From NCBI GenBank assembly GCA_040767905.1, contig JAXGNP010000002.1, forward strand, positions 428,635 through 452,634: a DNA stretch of 24,000 nt, read 5' to 3'. The stretch is from Syntrophorhabdus sp. Its GTDB lineage: Bacteria > Desulfobacterota > Syntrophorhabdia > Syntrophorhabdales > Syntrophorhabdaceae. The translations under genes were made by a program, and so were the position numbers. The notes under the pieces are model-generated. The model made no database searches, was not told the origin of the DNA, and saw nothing but the letters and a program-made list of their open reading frames with translations. This document shows, in pieces, positions 16,239 through 24,000 of the stretch. Numbering within the stretch: the stretch's first letter is position 1; the number at the start of each line of letters is the position of its first letter.

Positions 16239-17384
16239 ATGAAGCTACTGATTAACGACAAATACACGAACAATCCAAATGACAGGGTGTTGGATTCCGT
16301 TATCTATAAGAGAAATATCGGGGCGCCCGTTATCGGCATGTACTGTGGGTATGCGCCTGTTGAGTTAGTCCGGGCGATGGGGGCAGTGCCGATTTTCTTG
16401 TGTTCTTTTTCCAGAAAGACCATCCCGGCAGCTGAGGCGGTCCTTCCCTCCAATCTTTGTCCTCTCATTAAATCGAGCTATGGATTCATCATTACAGATA
16501 CCTGTCCTTTTTACGCCCTATCTCAGGCAATCATCGGCGAGACAACTTGTGACGGCAAGAAGAAGATGTTCGAACTGATCAGTCACATCAAACCTACCCA
16601 TATCATGGACCTTCCACAACTCCCCGACGAAAAGGAAGCCCTTGAAAACTGGACGATCATGGTTCGTAAGTTAAAAAATTGGCTTGAGAAAACCTTTGAA
16701 ACACAGATCACCGATGGACTAATCGAGACAGAGATTAAAGATACAAATCGGAAGAACCGTCTTATGAATGATTTTTTCAAGTATGCTGCCCATTTTCCTC
16801 CAATAATCAGTTGGAGTGAACTGTACGATATAATTGGGCTGGAACTCGTGTCGAATAGCGATGAGTTACAGAGACTCCTGGAAGATATCACGCAAAAACT
16901 GGATGAGCGTATCATTGAGGGAGAATACATTGGTACAATAGAATCACCGAGGGTTATTGTAAGTGGATGCCCGGTTGGGGGTGATGCATCGAAGATTTTC
17001 AGGGTTATCGAAGAAGCTGGCGGGGCAGTGGTGGCTATAGAGGCGTGCAGCGGTATGAAGGGGTATACAATAAAAATTGAAGAAGATACCGGCGACCCCC
17101 TTTCTGCTCTTGCAAAAGCTTATCTACAAATACCATGCTCTTGCATGACGCCGAATCAACGGCGTTTCGATGCATTGGATGAATTAATTGCGCGGTTTAA
17201 ACCCGATGCAGTTATTGATGTCATTCTTCAGGCTTGTCATTCGTATAATATAGAATCCTACAGAATCGAACATCACGTGCACGAAAAACATAATTTACCA
17301 TTTTTAAAGGTGGAAACAGACTTCACGGAAAGTGACCGCGCAATGATCAAAACCCGCGTGCAAGCCCTCTTTGAAAGCATTTGA
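16239..17384 (+). CDS. 2-hydroxyacyl-CoA dehydratase / double-cubane-cluster reductase family protein, paralog C
   Basis: 381 aa. It is collinear with paralog B from the first residues, and more than half of the positions I aligned by eye are identical. Shared motifs are GMYCGYAP, NLCPLIKSSYGF, TDTCPFY, ETTCDGKKKMFEL, VSGCPV, ACSGMK, IPCSCMTPN and LQACHSYN. Confidence 0.8.
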   Translation: MKLLINDKYTNNPNDRVLDSVIYKRNIGAPVIGMYCGYAPVELVRAMGAVPIFLCSFSRKTIPAAEAVLPSNLCPLIKSSYGFIITDTCPFYALSQAIIGETTCDGKKKMFELISHIKPTHIMDLPQLPDEKEALENWTIMVRKLKNWLEKTFETQITDGLIETEIKDTNRKNRLMNDFFKYAAHFPPIISWSELYDIIGLELVSNSDELQRLLEDITQKLDERIIEGEYIGTIESPRVIVSGCPVGGDASKIFRVIEEAGGAVVAIEACSGMKGYTIKIEEDTGDPLSALAKAYLQIPCSCMTPNQRRFDALDELIARFKPDAVIDVILQACHSYNIESYRIEHHVHEKHNLPFLKVETDFTESDRAMIKTRVQALFESI

Positions 17385-17413
17385 GAGCTGCATAAATCGC
17401 TTACCCATCTGGT

Positions 17414-17854
17414 TTATTTTAACTCTTCTAAATCTGTGAAGATATCTGAAAACTGATGGATGTCCTTCCTTATACCATCAATGGTCAACAAGGGATAATG
17501 ATTGCCGTCTCCCGTTTGTCCGGTCGTGATAGTAATTTCCTTTGACCCTTCACCTTGCTCGGCTAAAATGATGGCGCGAATGGCCATCGGCGATAATCCC
17601 TCAACGGGTTCATCATCGATGATTAATCCACAACCGCCCCCAAGAGCGACTTTTTGCAAATGCACCTTGTTATCCTCCCTGTCGATGTAAAGAGTTCCCT
17701 CTTTTCCAACAAGGCTAAAGCTACGGCCACAATGATTGGACTTGCATGTTATTGAAAATTCAATAGCATTTTCTGTGACGAGATAGTTCGTGGTAACGTC
17801 AGCCCCATCCTCGTTGTCACGCTGTGCATCAAATTTAGTAATTGAAATAACCAC
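17414..17854 (-). CDS. Hypothetical protein (146 aa), no family recognised
   Basis: GTG start 17854 with GGAGG 6 nt upstream. Acidic protein with CKSNHC and GGGCG segments. Convergent with paralog C, with a 29-nt gap. Confidence 0.5.
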   Translation of the reverse strand: MVISITKFDAQRDNEDGADVTTNYLVTENAIEFSITCKSNHCGRSFSLVGKEGTLYIDREDNKVHLQKVALGGGCGLIIDDEPVEGLSPMAIRAIILAEQGEGSKEITITTGQTGDGNHYPLLTIDGIRKDIHQFSDIFTDLEELK

Positions 17855-18122
17855 TCTAAACCTCCATCAAGCGTGCGTAAATAGGTAAAGTAGTAGCTTA
17901 CCATATTACACAGGATTCAGCTTGACAGTGCAAATTTTTTCTATATCAGTGTTTTTCTCGAAAATGACAGATCTGTCTCATCATCATGCATCAAATGTTT
18001 GATGATGATCGTGAACAAGGTATTCATTGACAAAAAAGGGATTTTATGGGCCCTGCGGGCTATCGGGCCGTGCTGTTTTGTTAGAGATGACCGTCGTAAA
18101 ACTTATGGACTGATGCTAAGGA

Positions 18123-18169
18123 AATAGCCGGGTTTGTCTGTTGGAACAGATGCAGCAAACCCGGCTATT
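18123..18169 (-). terminator. Long GC-rich hairpin downstream of the secreted-protein gene (probable terminator)
   Basis: AATAGCCGGGTTTG (18123-18136) is perfectly complementary to CAAACCCGGCTATT (18156-18169). An inner 5-bp helix TCTGT/ACAGA also forms. On the minus strand it is followed by TTCCTTAGC, which is only moderately U-rich. Confidence 0.45.
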
Positions 18170-18242
18170 CAATCCTTTTACCTTGTGCCTCAAACATAAG
18201 TGGCACTATGCATACGTTTACAGGATATACGTTTCTCCAAAT

Positions 18243-18821
18243 TTATAGATCCGGTGGTGGCGGCGCCGGCAGTGTACATTTCAGGTCCTTTATTGAACCT
18301 TTGATAGTAGCCCCGATTCCCTCGAAGGGGTCGAAATCAGCTGTCAGGTAAGCTGCGAGGGTTTCAACCTTGCCAGACCAACCCTTTTTGCTCTCCTTGC
18401 CCGAGAAGTAAAAAAGTCCCTTAATAGGTTGTGTGCTGGCGTCAGGGTCACTCTCTGCTATAAAAGCCGTTGAGTCTCCTGCCACAAAATTCAACACCAG
18501 CGTACCGAATGCAGAGATTTCGCAGGCATCTTTTCCGGCTTCGTAAAGTGTTATCTCTATCACTCCCGTTGGAGCAAGTGGATCTCCAGCCTGCACAACA
18601 TTCATCACTGCCTGGAACTTTACAGAGCCACTCACCTTGTCGCTCGGTGGGCTGGCAGGGTCATCGAACTCGTATCCTTTCACCTTGGCGCTGAGCTGCC
18701 ATGGACTGTCCTGCCAAATGGTCAGACCGGCAGGGACTTGCGCCGCAGCGGTACCAGCATATACACCCATTATCAAAACCATTGCCAGAAAAACCTTTGC
18801 ACACATGCTGCCTGCTTTCAT
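18243..18821 (-). CDS. Secreted hypothetical protein (192 aa)
   Basis: ATG 18821 with AGGAGG upstream. Signal peptide MKAGSMCAKVFLAMVLIMGVYAGTAAA/QV. Pro-rich C-terminus (LPAPPPPDL). No family recognised. The track ORF starts 13 codons further upstream. Confidence 0.6.
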   Translation of the reverse strand: MKAGSMCAKVFLAMVLIMGVYAGTAAAQVPAGLTIWQDSPWQLSAKVKGYEFDDPASPPSDKVSGSVKFQAVMNVVQAGDPLAPTGVIEITLYEAGKDACEISAFGTLVLNFVAGDSTAFIAESDPDASTQPIKGLFYFSGKESKKGWSGKVETLAAYLTADFDPFEGIGATIKGSIKDLKCTLPAPPPPDL

Positions 18822-19165
18822 AAAGAACCTCCTTTTTTGCAAAATAAGGTCTCTGGCCACAGAGGCCTTTCAAACCGGTTTCTGATGGTTTGCGACCGTT
18901 TAGGTAGCATATAGGTCTCACAAACCATGTTCAAACTTTTTCACCTCCTTTTTGTAAGTCATTTTTTGAAAAAGCTTGTGTTACACCTTAATGCACCTTA
19001 AGCGCACTATTATCCTTAACTATTTTATCAAGTTCAAAGTAAGTATAGTCGCATGAAGAGAACTTGTAAAGCGTTTTTTGTTGCTGAAGAGCTTCCTCGG
19101 ATTTTTACAATCATTCGCCAAAAATGGTCAAAAGAAATAAGGCTTCTTTATAGCGATGGAAAAAG

Positions 19166-20224
19166 CTACTGTAAAACGCATCCTGCTATTTCCAGGCCTA
19201 CACCCTGAGTCGACGTACTTCCCCCCAGATCAGGGGTCCCCACCTTTCCACCTGAGAGCACATTCTCTATGGCATCCTCTATTGCCTTGGCCGCGTCTTT
19301 GTGACCGAGATGATCAAGCATCATGGCCCCTGACCATATCTGACCAATAGGGTTGGCAATGCCTTTTCCGGCAATGTCAGGCGCAGAGCCGTGAACAGGC
19401 TCAAACATGGATGGAAATTCGCGTTCCGGGTTCAGGTTGGCGGATGGGGCGATGCCGAGGCTTCCGGCAAGGGCAGGTGTCAGGTCGGAAAGGATATCGC
19501 CAAAAAGATTGCTTCCCACGAGGACGTCAAACTTTTCAGGATGGAGCACCAGGGCGGCTGTAAGTCCATCAATGTGGAACTGATTAGCATGCACTTCAGG
19601 ATATTCCTTTGAGATTTTCCGGAATATCTCATCCCAGTAAGGCATGGTATAGATAATTCCGTTTGACTTTGTCGCCGATGTAAGATGGCATTTAGGCCTT
19701 GTCATCGCCAGCTTAAAGGCAAACCGTATCACATTTTCAACACCTTTCCTGGTAAAGACAGATGTCTGAATTGCCATCTCCTGGTCAGTTCCTTCATACA
19801 GCCTGCCTCCAATGTTGGAATATTCCCCTTCGTTGTTTTCTCTCACGACACATAAATTGATATCATCCGGCATCTTGCCTTTAAGCGGACTTTGTATGCC
19901 TTTGAGAAGCCGCACGGGCCTCAAATTGATATACTGACGAAATGCCCTGCGGATTGGGATAAGCAATCCCCAGAGCGATATATGGTCCGGTACCCCGGGA
20001 TAGCCGACTGCGCCGAGGTAGATCGCATCGTAAGCTTTCAGTATTTTCAGACCATCAGCAGGCATCATCTCTCCGCTGGACAGATAGTGTTCACAACCCC
20101 ATGGAAAATAATTCCATTGAAATTGGATGCCAAACCGCTTTCCGGATGCTTCAAGGACACGGATGCCTTCCGGCACAACCTCTTTACCGATTCCGTCTCC
20201 CGGGATAACTGCGATCCTGTGCAT
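19166..20224 (-). CDS. Tartrate dehydrogenase / D-malate dehydrogenase-like enzyme (isocitrate/isopropylmalate dehydrogenase family)
   Basis: 352 aa. The N-terminus is IAVIPGDGIGKEV, and the family signature is NLFGDILSDLTPALAGSLGIAPSANLNP. Length and N-terminus resemble TtuC-type enzymes more than LeuB, but I cannot determine the substrate from sequence. RBS AAGGAGG. Confidence 0.75.
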   Translation of the reverse strand: MHRIAVIPGDGIGKEVVPEGIRVLEASGKRFGIQFQWNYFPWGCEHYLSSGEMMPADGLKILKAYDAIYLGAVGYPGVPDHISLWGLLIPIRRAFRQYINLRPVRLLKGIQSPLKGKMPDDINLCVVRENNEGEYSNIGGRLYEGTDQEMAIQTSVFTRKGVENVIRFAFKLAMTRPKCHLTSATKSNGIIYTMPYWDEIFRKISKEYPEVHANQFHIDGLTAALVLHPEKFDVLVGSNLFGDILSDLTPALAGSLGIAPSANLNPEREFPSMFEPVHGSAPDIAGKGIANPIGQIWSGAMMLDHLGHKDAAKAIEDAIENVLSGGKVGTPDLGGSTSTQGVGLEIAGCVLQ

Positions 20225-20505
20225 GGGTTGTCTGTACCTCCTTGGTTTTGTTATTACAGATAATATACTTTCTTGGTTTTTTCAAGCTTTGCACAAGAAT
20301 AAAAACTATTAAGAATATGTCTCATTTCGTAAGACACAGTGGCTGTGAGATAATCTGGGTCTTTTCGATGATGTATACATGGCTAAATTGTTTTCGTCTG
20401 ACACGGTTTTGTGATAGCATTAAAGGGGTAATGAAAACACCTTCTTAAGTTTTGCCTGTACTGATTTAGTTTTTATTGCATCAGAAAGTGGAGGATAATT
20501 CAGAT

Positions 20506-21708
20506 ATGCTGAAGAAAGTTGGTGCATTTGATCCCGTGCCGAAAGACGAGTTGCTCAGGAGGATTGAGAGTCTTCGACGGCTCATGGCGAGTTCCGGTAT
20601 TGATTTCGCATTGATCATACAGAATGTGGACAGTTATTATTTTGCTGGAACCATGCAAAAGGGCATGCTCGTATTGCCTCTTGACCAGGACCCCTTGATT
20701 TTTGTCGAGAAAGGCACTGAAAGGGCAGTCATGGAAACTCCCCTTGAACTTACATCCATTAAAAACGACAAAGAAATAAGGAAGATTCTCGGCGATAAAC
20801 ATATCCTCAAAGGTACAGCAGGTCTTGAGCTCGATGTAGTACCTGTTTCTGTATTCGAAAGATTGAAGCGAGTTATTGGTTTTGACAGGTATAAAGATGT
20901 CTCTGCAATGATCAGGGAAGTGAGGATCACCAAGAGCCCTTTTGAGCTTGTCCAGATACGCAAATCAGGAGAGATGCTTTCTCATGTATTTGAAAAGGCT
21001 CACAGTGAAGTACAGGAAGGAAAAACCGAACTGGAGATTGAAGCAGCTCTTGTTGCCGAAGGCAGGCGGATAGGCCATCAGGGTTATCTGAGAATGCGAG
21101 GACTTAACCAGGAAATGATGGTATCAACGGTCCAGGCTGGATACACCGGCGCCATCAGCACTACGGTTGATGGACCCATAACCGGAGCAGGAGTGACGCC
21201 TGCCTTGCCGCAGGGGTCGTCGTTTAAAAGAGTTGAGCGAGGGGTCCCGGTGACCATTGATTACGGAGGAGCGTACAACGGATATATTACGGATGAGACG
21301 AGAAGCTTTGTAGTTGGTGAACTTCAGGATGTTTTTCGAAGGTCTTATGAGGCAGCACGGTCGATAATTGAAGATGTAATGACCTATGGTAAGGCAGGAA
21401 TAGATTGTACTGAAATATTTTCACGGGCCTATGGGATAGTGAAGAAGCAAGGCCTGGAAGAGTATTTTCTGGGTCACGGGGATGGTAAGGTTGCATTTGT
21501 CGGCCATGGTCTTGGCCTCGAGATAAATGAATTGCCCGTTATTACTTCACGACATAGCAGAATTCTTCAGGAAGGGATGGTCTTCGCCTTTGAGCCGAAG
21601 TTTGTGCTTCCACCCTATGGAGCCATAGGGATCGAGGTCGACTTTATCGTGCGCACAAATGGTCTTGAGCGGGTAACCGCAAATTCCATCGAAATAGTGC
21701 AGATTTAG
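20506..21708 (+). CDS. M24-family Xaa-Pro aminopeptidase/creatinase-like metallopeptidase
   Basis: 400 aa from ATG 20506 (GGAGG upstream). It has a creatinase-like N-domain followed by the pita-bread domain with DYGGAYNGYITDETRSF, GHGLGLEINELP and EPKF...GIEVD metal-ligand motifs. Confidence 0.85.
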   Translation: MLKKVGAFDPVPKDELLRRIESLRRLMASSGIDFALIIQNVDSYYFAGTMQKGMLVLPLDQDPLIFVEKGTERAVMETPLELTSIKNDKEIRKILGDKHILKGTAGLELDVVPVSVFERLKRVIGFDRYKDVSAMIREVRITKSPFELVQIRKSGEMLSHVFEKAHSEVQEGKTELEIEAALVAEGRRIGHQGYLRMRGLNQEMMVSTVQAGYTGAISTTVDGPITGAGVTPALPQGSSFKRVERGVPVTIDYGGAYNGYITDETRSFVVGELQDVFRRSYEAARSIIEDVMTYGKAGIDCTEIFSRAYGIVKKQGLEEYFLGHGDGKVAFVGHGLGLEINELPVITSRHSRILQEGMVFAFEPKFVLPPYGAIGIEVDFIVRTNGLERVTANSIEIVQI

Positions 21709-21855
21709 TTTTCCGCTGCTACATTTTTTTAAAACGATACAATTTCTTTCTAAAAAAGCTAAATAAATTATGTGTATTTTTCGATAATTACTATGTATCG
21801 TTGAAAGCGAGTGCAGATTGGGGCTGTTACTTTCGTGAAAAGAAGAAGCAGGCCG

Positions 21856-22401
21856 ATGGTCATGGCAAAATATGGCCAACAATTAAAGGGCGTGACGTTG
21901 CGAAAGATTTCTTGGAGAAATACGACAATACGTAAACAGAATAGCAGTAAGATGCAGGATAAGATCGTACTGAAGGATAGTTTGACCGGGTTGTATAACG
22001 ATGGATGCTTCGATGAGTTTCTCAATCTTGAGAAAAGAAGATGCAAACGATCAGAAGATCCAGAGTTCTTAATGCTTGCCGATCTTTCCAAATTTACCGA
22101 TGTATCGGAACGAAAAAATATTGCCAAATCCATGATGGAAGTGTTTTCTGAGGTAACCCGTGATACAGATATAAAAGGATGGCATGTCGACGGTTTGGTC
22201 ATCGGCATCATATTTACCGAAATGGCTGGTAAAGAGGCGGATGCAAGGCTCATACTGAAACACATCGCCAATAAGTGTTTATGGAAGCTTGAGTCCAACC
22301 TGGGCAAAGAGAAGTCTTCCCGCATTCAAATAAGCTGGCAATCGCTCAAAGGCGAACGTATCTTCAAGATTCATAAAGTAAGTAGCTTCGGTGCTGAATA
22401 A
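21856..22401 (+). CDS. Degenerate GGDEF-domain protein (predicted catalytically inactive)
   Basis: KDSLTGLYN opens a GGDEF-like domain. The metal-binding D.D.FK is replaced by ADLSKF, and the GGDEF signature position reads HVDGL (GWHVDGLVIGIIF). The start is uncertain: GTG 21811, ATG 21856 or ATG 21952. Confidence 0.55.
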   Translation: MVMAKYGQQLKGVTLRKISWRNTTIRKQNSSKMQDKIVLKDSLTGLYNDGCFDEFLNLEKRRCKRSEDPEFLMLADLSKFTDVSERKNIAKSMMEVFSEVTRDTDIKGWHVDGLVIGIIFTEMAGKEADARLILKHIANKCLWKLESNLGKEKSSRIQISWQSLKGERIFKIHKVSSFGAE

Positions 22402-23019
22402 TAGGCGCATTGCTCACGAGCTTTCATGCATCGGTTCGGATACGCTCTTACGCATTAACGTTCCGTGATTCTATTTTTGGGTTCTGCGATGTTTTCTCCC
22501 CTTGTCGACACTCTTATTCGCATCTTGAGCAGCCACCGCAAAATGCTTAAAAATTGTTAAGTAAAATTATACTGATTGCCTTACAAGCACAAAGGACAAT
22601 TTCTTAGCTCTTATTCCATTTACACGATTCTATTGCCGGGGCTTGAGTCTACCTTCGCCAAAGCTTCGGAAGACAGGTTGCCGCCACCCACTTTGTGGGT
22701 ACCCGGCCGGCAATGCCGTCAGAGACTTCCCCTTATGTTAGCTTTGCTAGCGCAGAGATTCCCAGGAAGAGCGTAAGCCACACAGAGGACCATGATTTTT
22801 AAGCGTGAGTGAAATGCGTTTATTATTCGCGCTATTAAAATATTTAAAACACAACAGAATTACAGTAGACTATTGAATGGCTGGTGCGTGAAGTGTTAAC
22901 GACGTTGAGGGGTAACCGCAAAATTCTTTGAAAAGTACCTGGATTTTGAGCTGCTCTGAAAGTACACTTAAAAGTGAGTACTCCTCGATGAAATTAAATA
23001 TGGAAAAGGAGGCGTTACA

Positions 23020-23493
23020 ATGAGCGAATCTATTTTAAACGGCAAAAAGATCCTTGCCGTCGATGACGAACCGGATGTGCTAACGGTGCTGGAGGAAGAG
23101 ATTATGGATGCCTGCCCTAATTGCACACTTGACAAGGCAACCACCTATGAAAGCGCAGTGAAATTTCTGGAATCCAAGCCGTATGACGTTGTTATTCTTG
23201 ATATTATGGGTGTCCGCGGCTTCGATCTTCTCGAACTTTCAGTGAAAAAAGGTCTGAAAGTGGCCATGCTGACTGCCCATGCGCTGAACCCTGAAGCGCT
23301 CAACAAGTCGATCGAAATGAAAGCACGAGCCTATTTGCCAAAGGAAAAGCTGGGCGAAGTTGTCCCATTTTTGGAAGACATACTGACATATGACTACGAA
23401 TCTGGGTGGAAGCGTCTTATGGATAAATTGTATGGTTTTTTTAAAGATAAATTCAAAGATGACTGGGAAGTAAAAACATGGATAGAAAAATAA
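23020..23493 (+). CDS. Stand-alone response-regulator receiver (CheY-like) protein with a short C-terminal extension
   Basis: 157 aa. KKILAVDDEPDV, VVILDIMGVRGFDL (phospho-acceptor Asp) and AMLTAH...AYLPK. RBS AAGGAGG. Confidence 0.8.
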   Translation: MSESILNGKKILAVDDEPDVLTVLEEEIMDACPNCTLDKATTYESAVKFLESKPYDVVILDIMGVRGFDLLELSVKKGLKVAMLTAHALNPEALNKSIEMKARAYLPKEKLGEVVPFLEDILTYDYESGWKRLMDKLYGFFKDKFKDDWEVKTWIEK

Positions 23494-23766
23494 GCCTATT
23501 TTTGATATAAAGACAAAAACTTTTTAGGACTATAGGGTTAATGCTGATAAACAGGGCAGAAAATTGCCACTTAATGCTATAAAACTGTCCCTATTGAGTT
23601 TTTAGTGATACCAATTCTCAATACCAAAATCTAAGATACAATCGATAGAGTAAGACCTTCAGTTGTACTATGCGCCAACACACTTCTTTATTGTTGACAA
23701 CAACTTCTGCCGATACTACTCTTTGCAAGATTAAAGAATATATCTCATGGTATGAAAGGATGGGAA

Positions 23767-24000
23767 ATGAAGCTGGCAGAATTTCTTTCAAACAATAAAA
23801 AAACGATATTACTCGATGGAGCAATGGGAACTGAATTGGCAAAAGCCAGTTTACACATGGGCGGTGAAACAAATATCATCCATCCCGACGCGGTGTTGTC
23901 CATTCATCGACAGTACGCAGATTGTGGAGTCGATATGATCATCACAAACACGCTGACAATGAACCGGATTAATGTTGAATCGCACAATATTGATGTGGAT
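23767..24000 (+). CDS. Homocysteine S-methyltransferase-domain protein (MetH N-terminal-like), 5' part, runs off right edge
   Basis: My translation from ATG 23767 is MKLAEFLSNNKKTILLDGAMGTELAKASLHMGGETNIIHPDAVLSIHRQYADCGVDMIITNTLTMNR. The LLDGAMGTEL and ADCGVDMIITNT motifs are typical of the Hcy-binding domain. The frame is open to position 24000. Confidence 0.7.
   Translation, partial: MKLAEFLSNNKKTILLDGAMGTELAKASLHMGGETNIIHPDAVLSIHRQYADCGVDMIITNTLTMNRINVESHNIDVD

Noticed and set aside
22576-22776. 66-aa + strand ORF in the 618-bp intergenic interval.
   Set aside because: It has a TTG start without an RBS and a Pro/Leu/Arg-rich product. It coincides with the helices described in the findings, so it is more likely non-coding.
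21664-22927. Near-identical roughly 22-nt strings TTGAGCGGGTAACCGCAAATTC (21665-21686, 3' end of the M24 peptidase gene) and TTGAGGGGTAACCGCAAAATTC (22905-22926, intergenic). This hints at a decayed peptidase paralog, along with a weaker GCAGA.ATTC.CAGGAAG resemblance.
   Set aside because: Only a 13-mer is exact, and several such matches are expected by chance in 24 kb on both strands. The two resemblances are not collinear (108 versus 155 nt apart), and the sequence between them is unrelated.
23553-23603. AGGGCAG...GCCACTT string upstream of the homocysteine methyltransferase-domain gene that superficially recalls a cobalamin riboswitch B12 box. The same bases form a 7-bp hairpin followed by GAGTTTTT.
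   Set aside because: It is far too short and lacks the rest of the cobalamin riboswitch core. At most it is a weak terminator for the receiver gene, and I did not call it.
1-24000. Screen for CRISPR repeats, IS elements, integrases, phage genes, defence-system hallmarks and abrupt compositional islands.
   Set aside because: None was seen. The only AT-rich patches (12059-12326 and 22780-22900) are ordinary intergenic regions. The interest of this window lies in gene association and not in mobile or defence content.

Overview
This is a 24-kb chromosomal window with about 27 protein-coding genes. I found no rRNA, tRNA, CRISPR array, transposase or integrase. The gene content (Sec-decoding machinery, ATP-dependent Fe-S reductase family) suggests an anaerobe, but that is inference only.

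Left flank (1-3.5 kb):
- An edge-truncated sensor kinase with an OmpR-family response regulator.
- A long-form serine O-acetyltransferase and a PC4-like small protein.
- A minus-strand ChrR/YieF-like flavin reductase with a glutaredoxin-like gene.

Core (3.7-17.4 kb, all on the + strand) is two tightly packed blocks.
- Block 1 (3902-12058) carries eight genes with ATGA or short overlaps. In order they are a double-cubane/2-hydroxyacyl-CoA-dehydratase-family protein, a BcrAD/BadFG/HgdC-type activase interrupted by a 1-nt frameshift, a second dehydratase-family paralog, a NitT/TauT-type ABC importer (SBP, permease, ATPase), selB and a YedF/TusA-like protein.
- Block 2 (12327-17384) carries yedE, yedF, a DUF3343 fusion protein, an NnrD/YjeF_C-like kinase-fold protein, selD and a third dehydratase-family paralog.
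- selD has an in-frame UGA (Sec18) and a SECIS-like hairpin, so the ORF track truncates it.
- Block 1 is preceded by a roughly 200-nt leader that ends in a canonical intrinsic terminator abutting the RBS. This looks like an attenuator or riboswitch.

The main hunt result is this physical and translational coupling of an ATP-driven low-potential reductase family and an ABC importer to a complete selenium activation and trafficking set. To my knowledge that link has not been described.

Right flank (17.4-24 kb):
- Two orphan proteins, one of them secreted, and a tartrate/isopropylmalate-dehydrogenase-family enzyme.
- An M24 peptidase and a degenerate GGDEF protein.
- A 618-bp gene-free interval with nested helices.
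- A stand-alone receiver protein and the start of a homocysteine-methyltransferase-domain gene.
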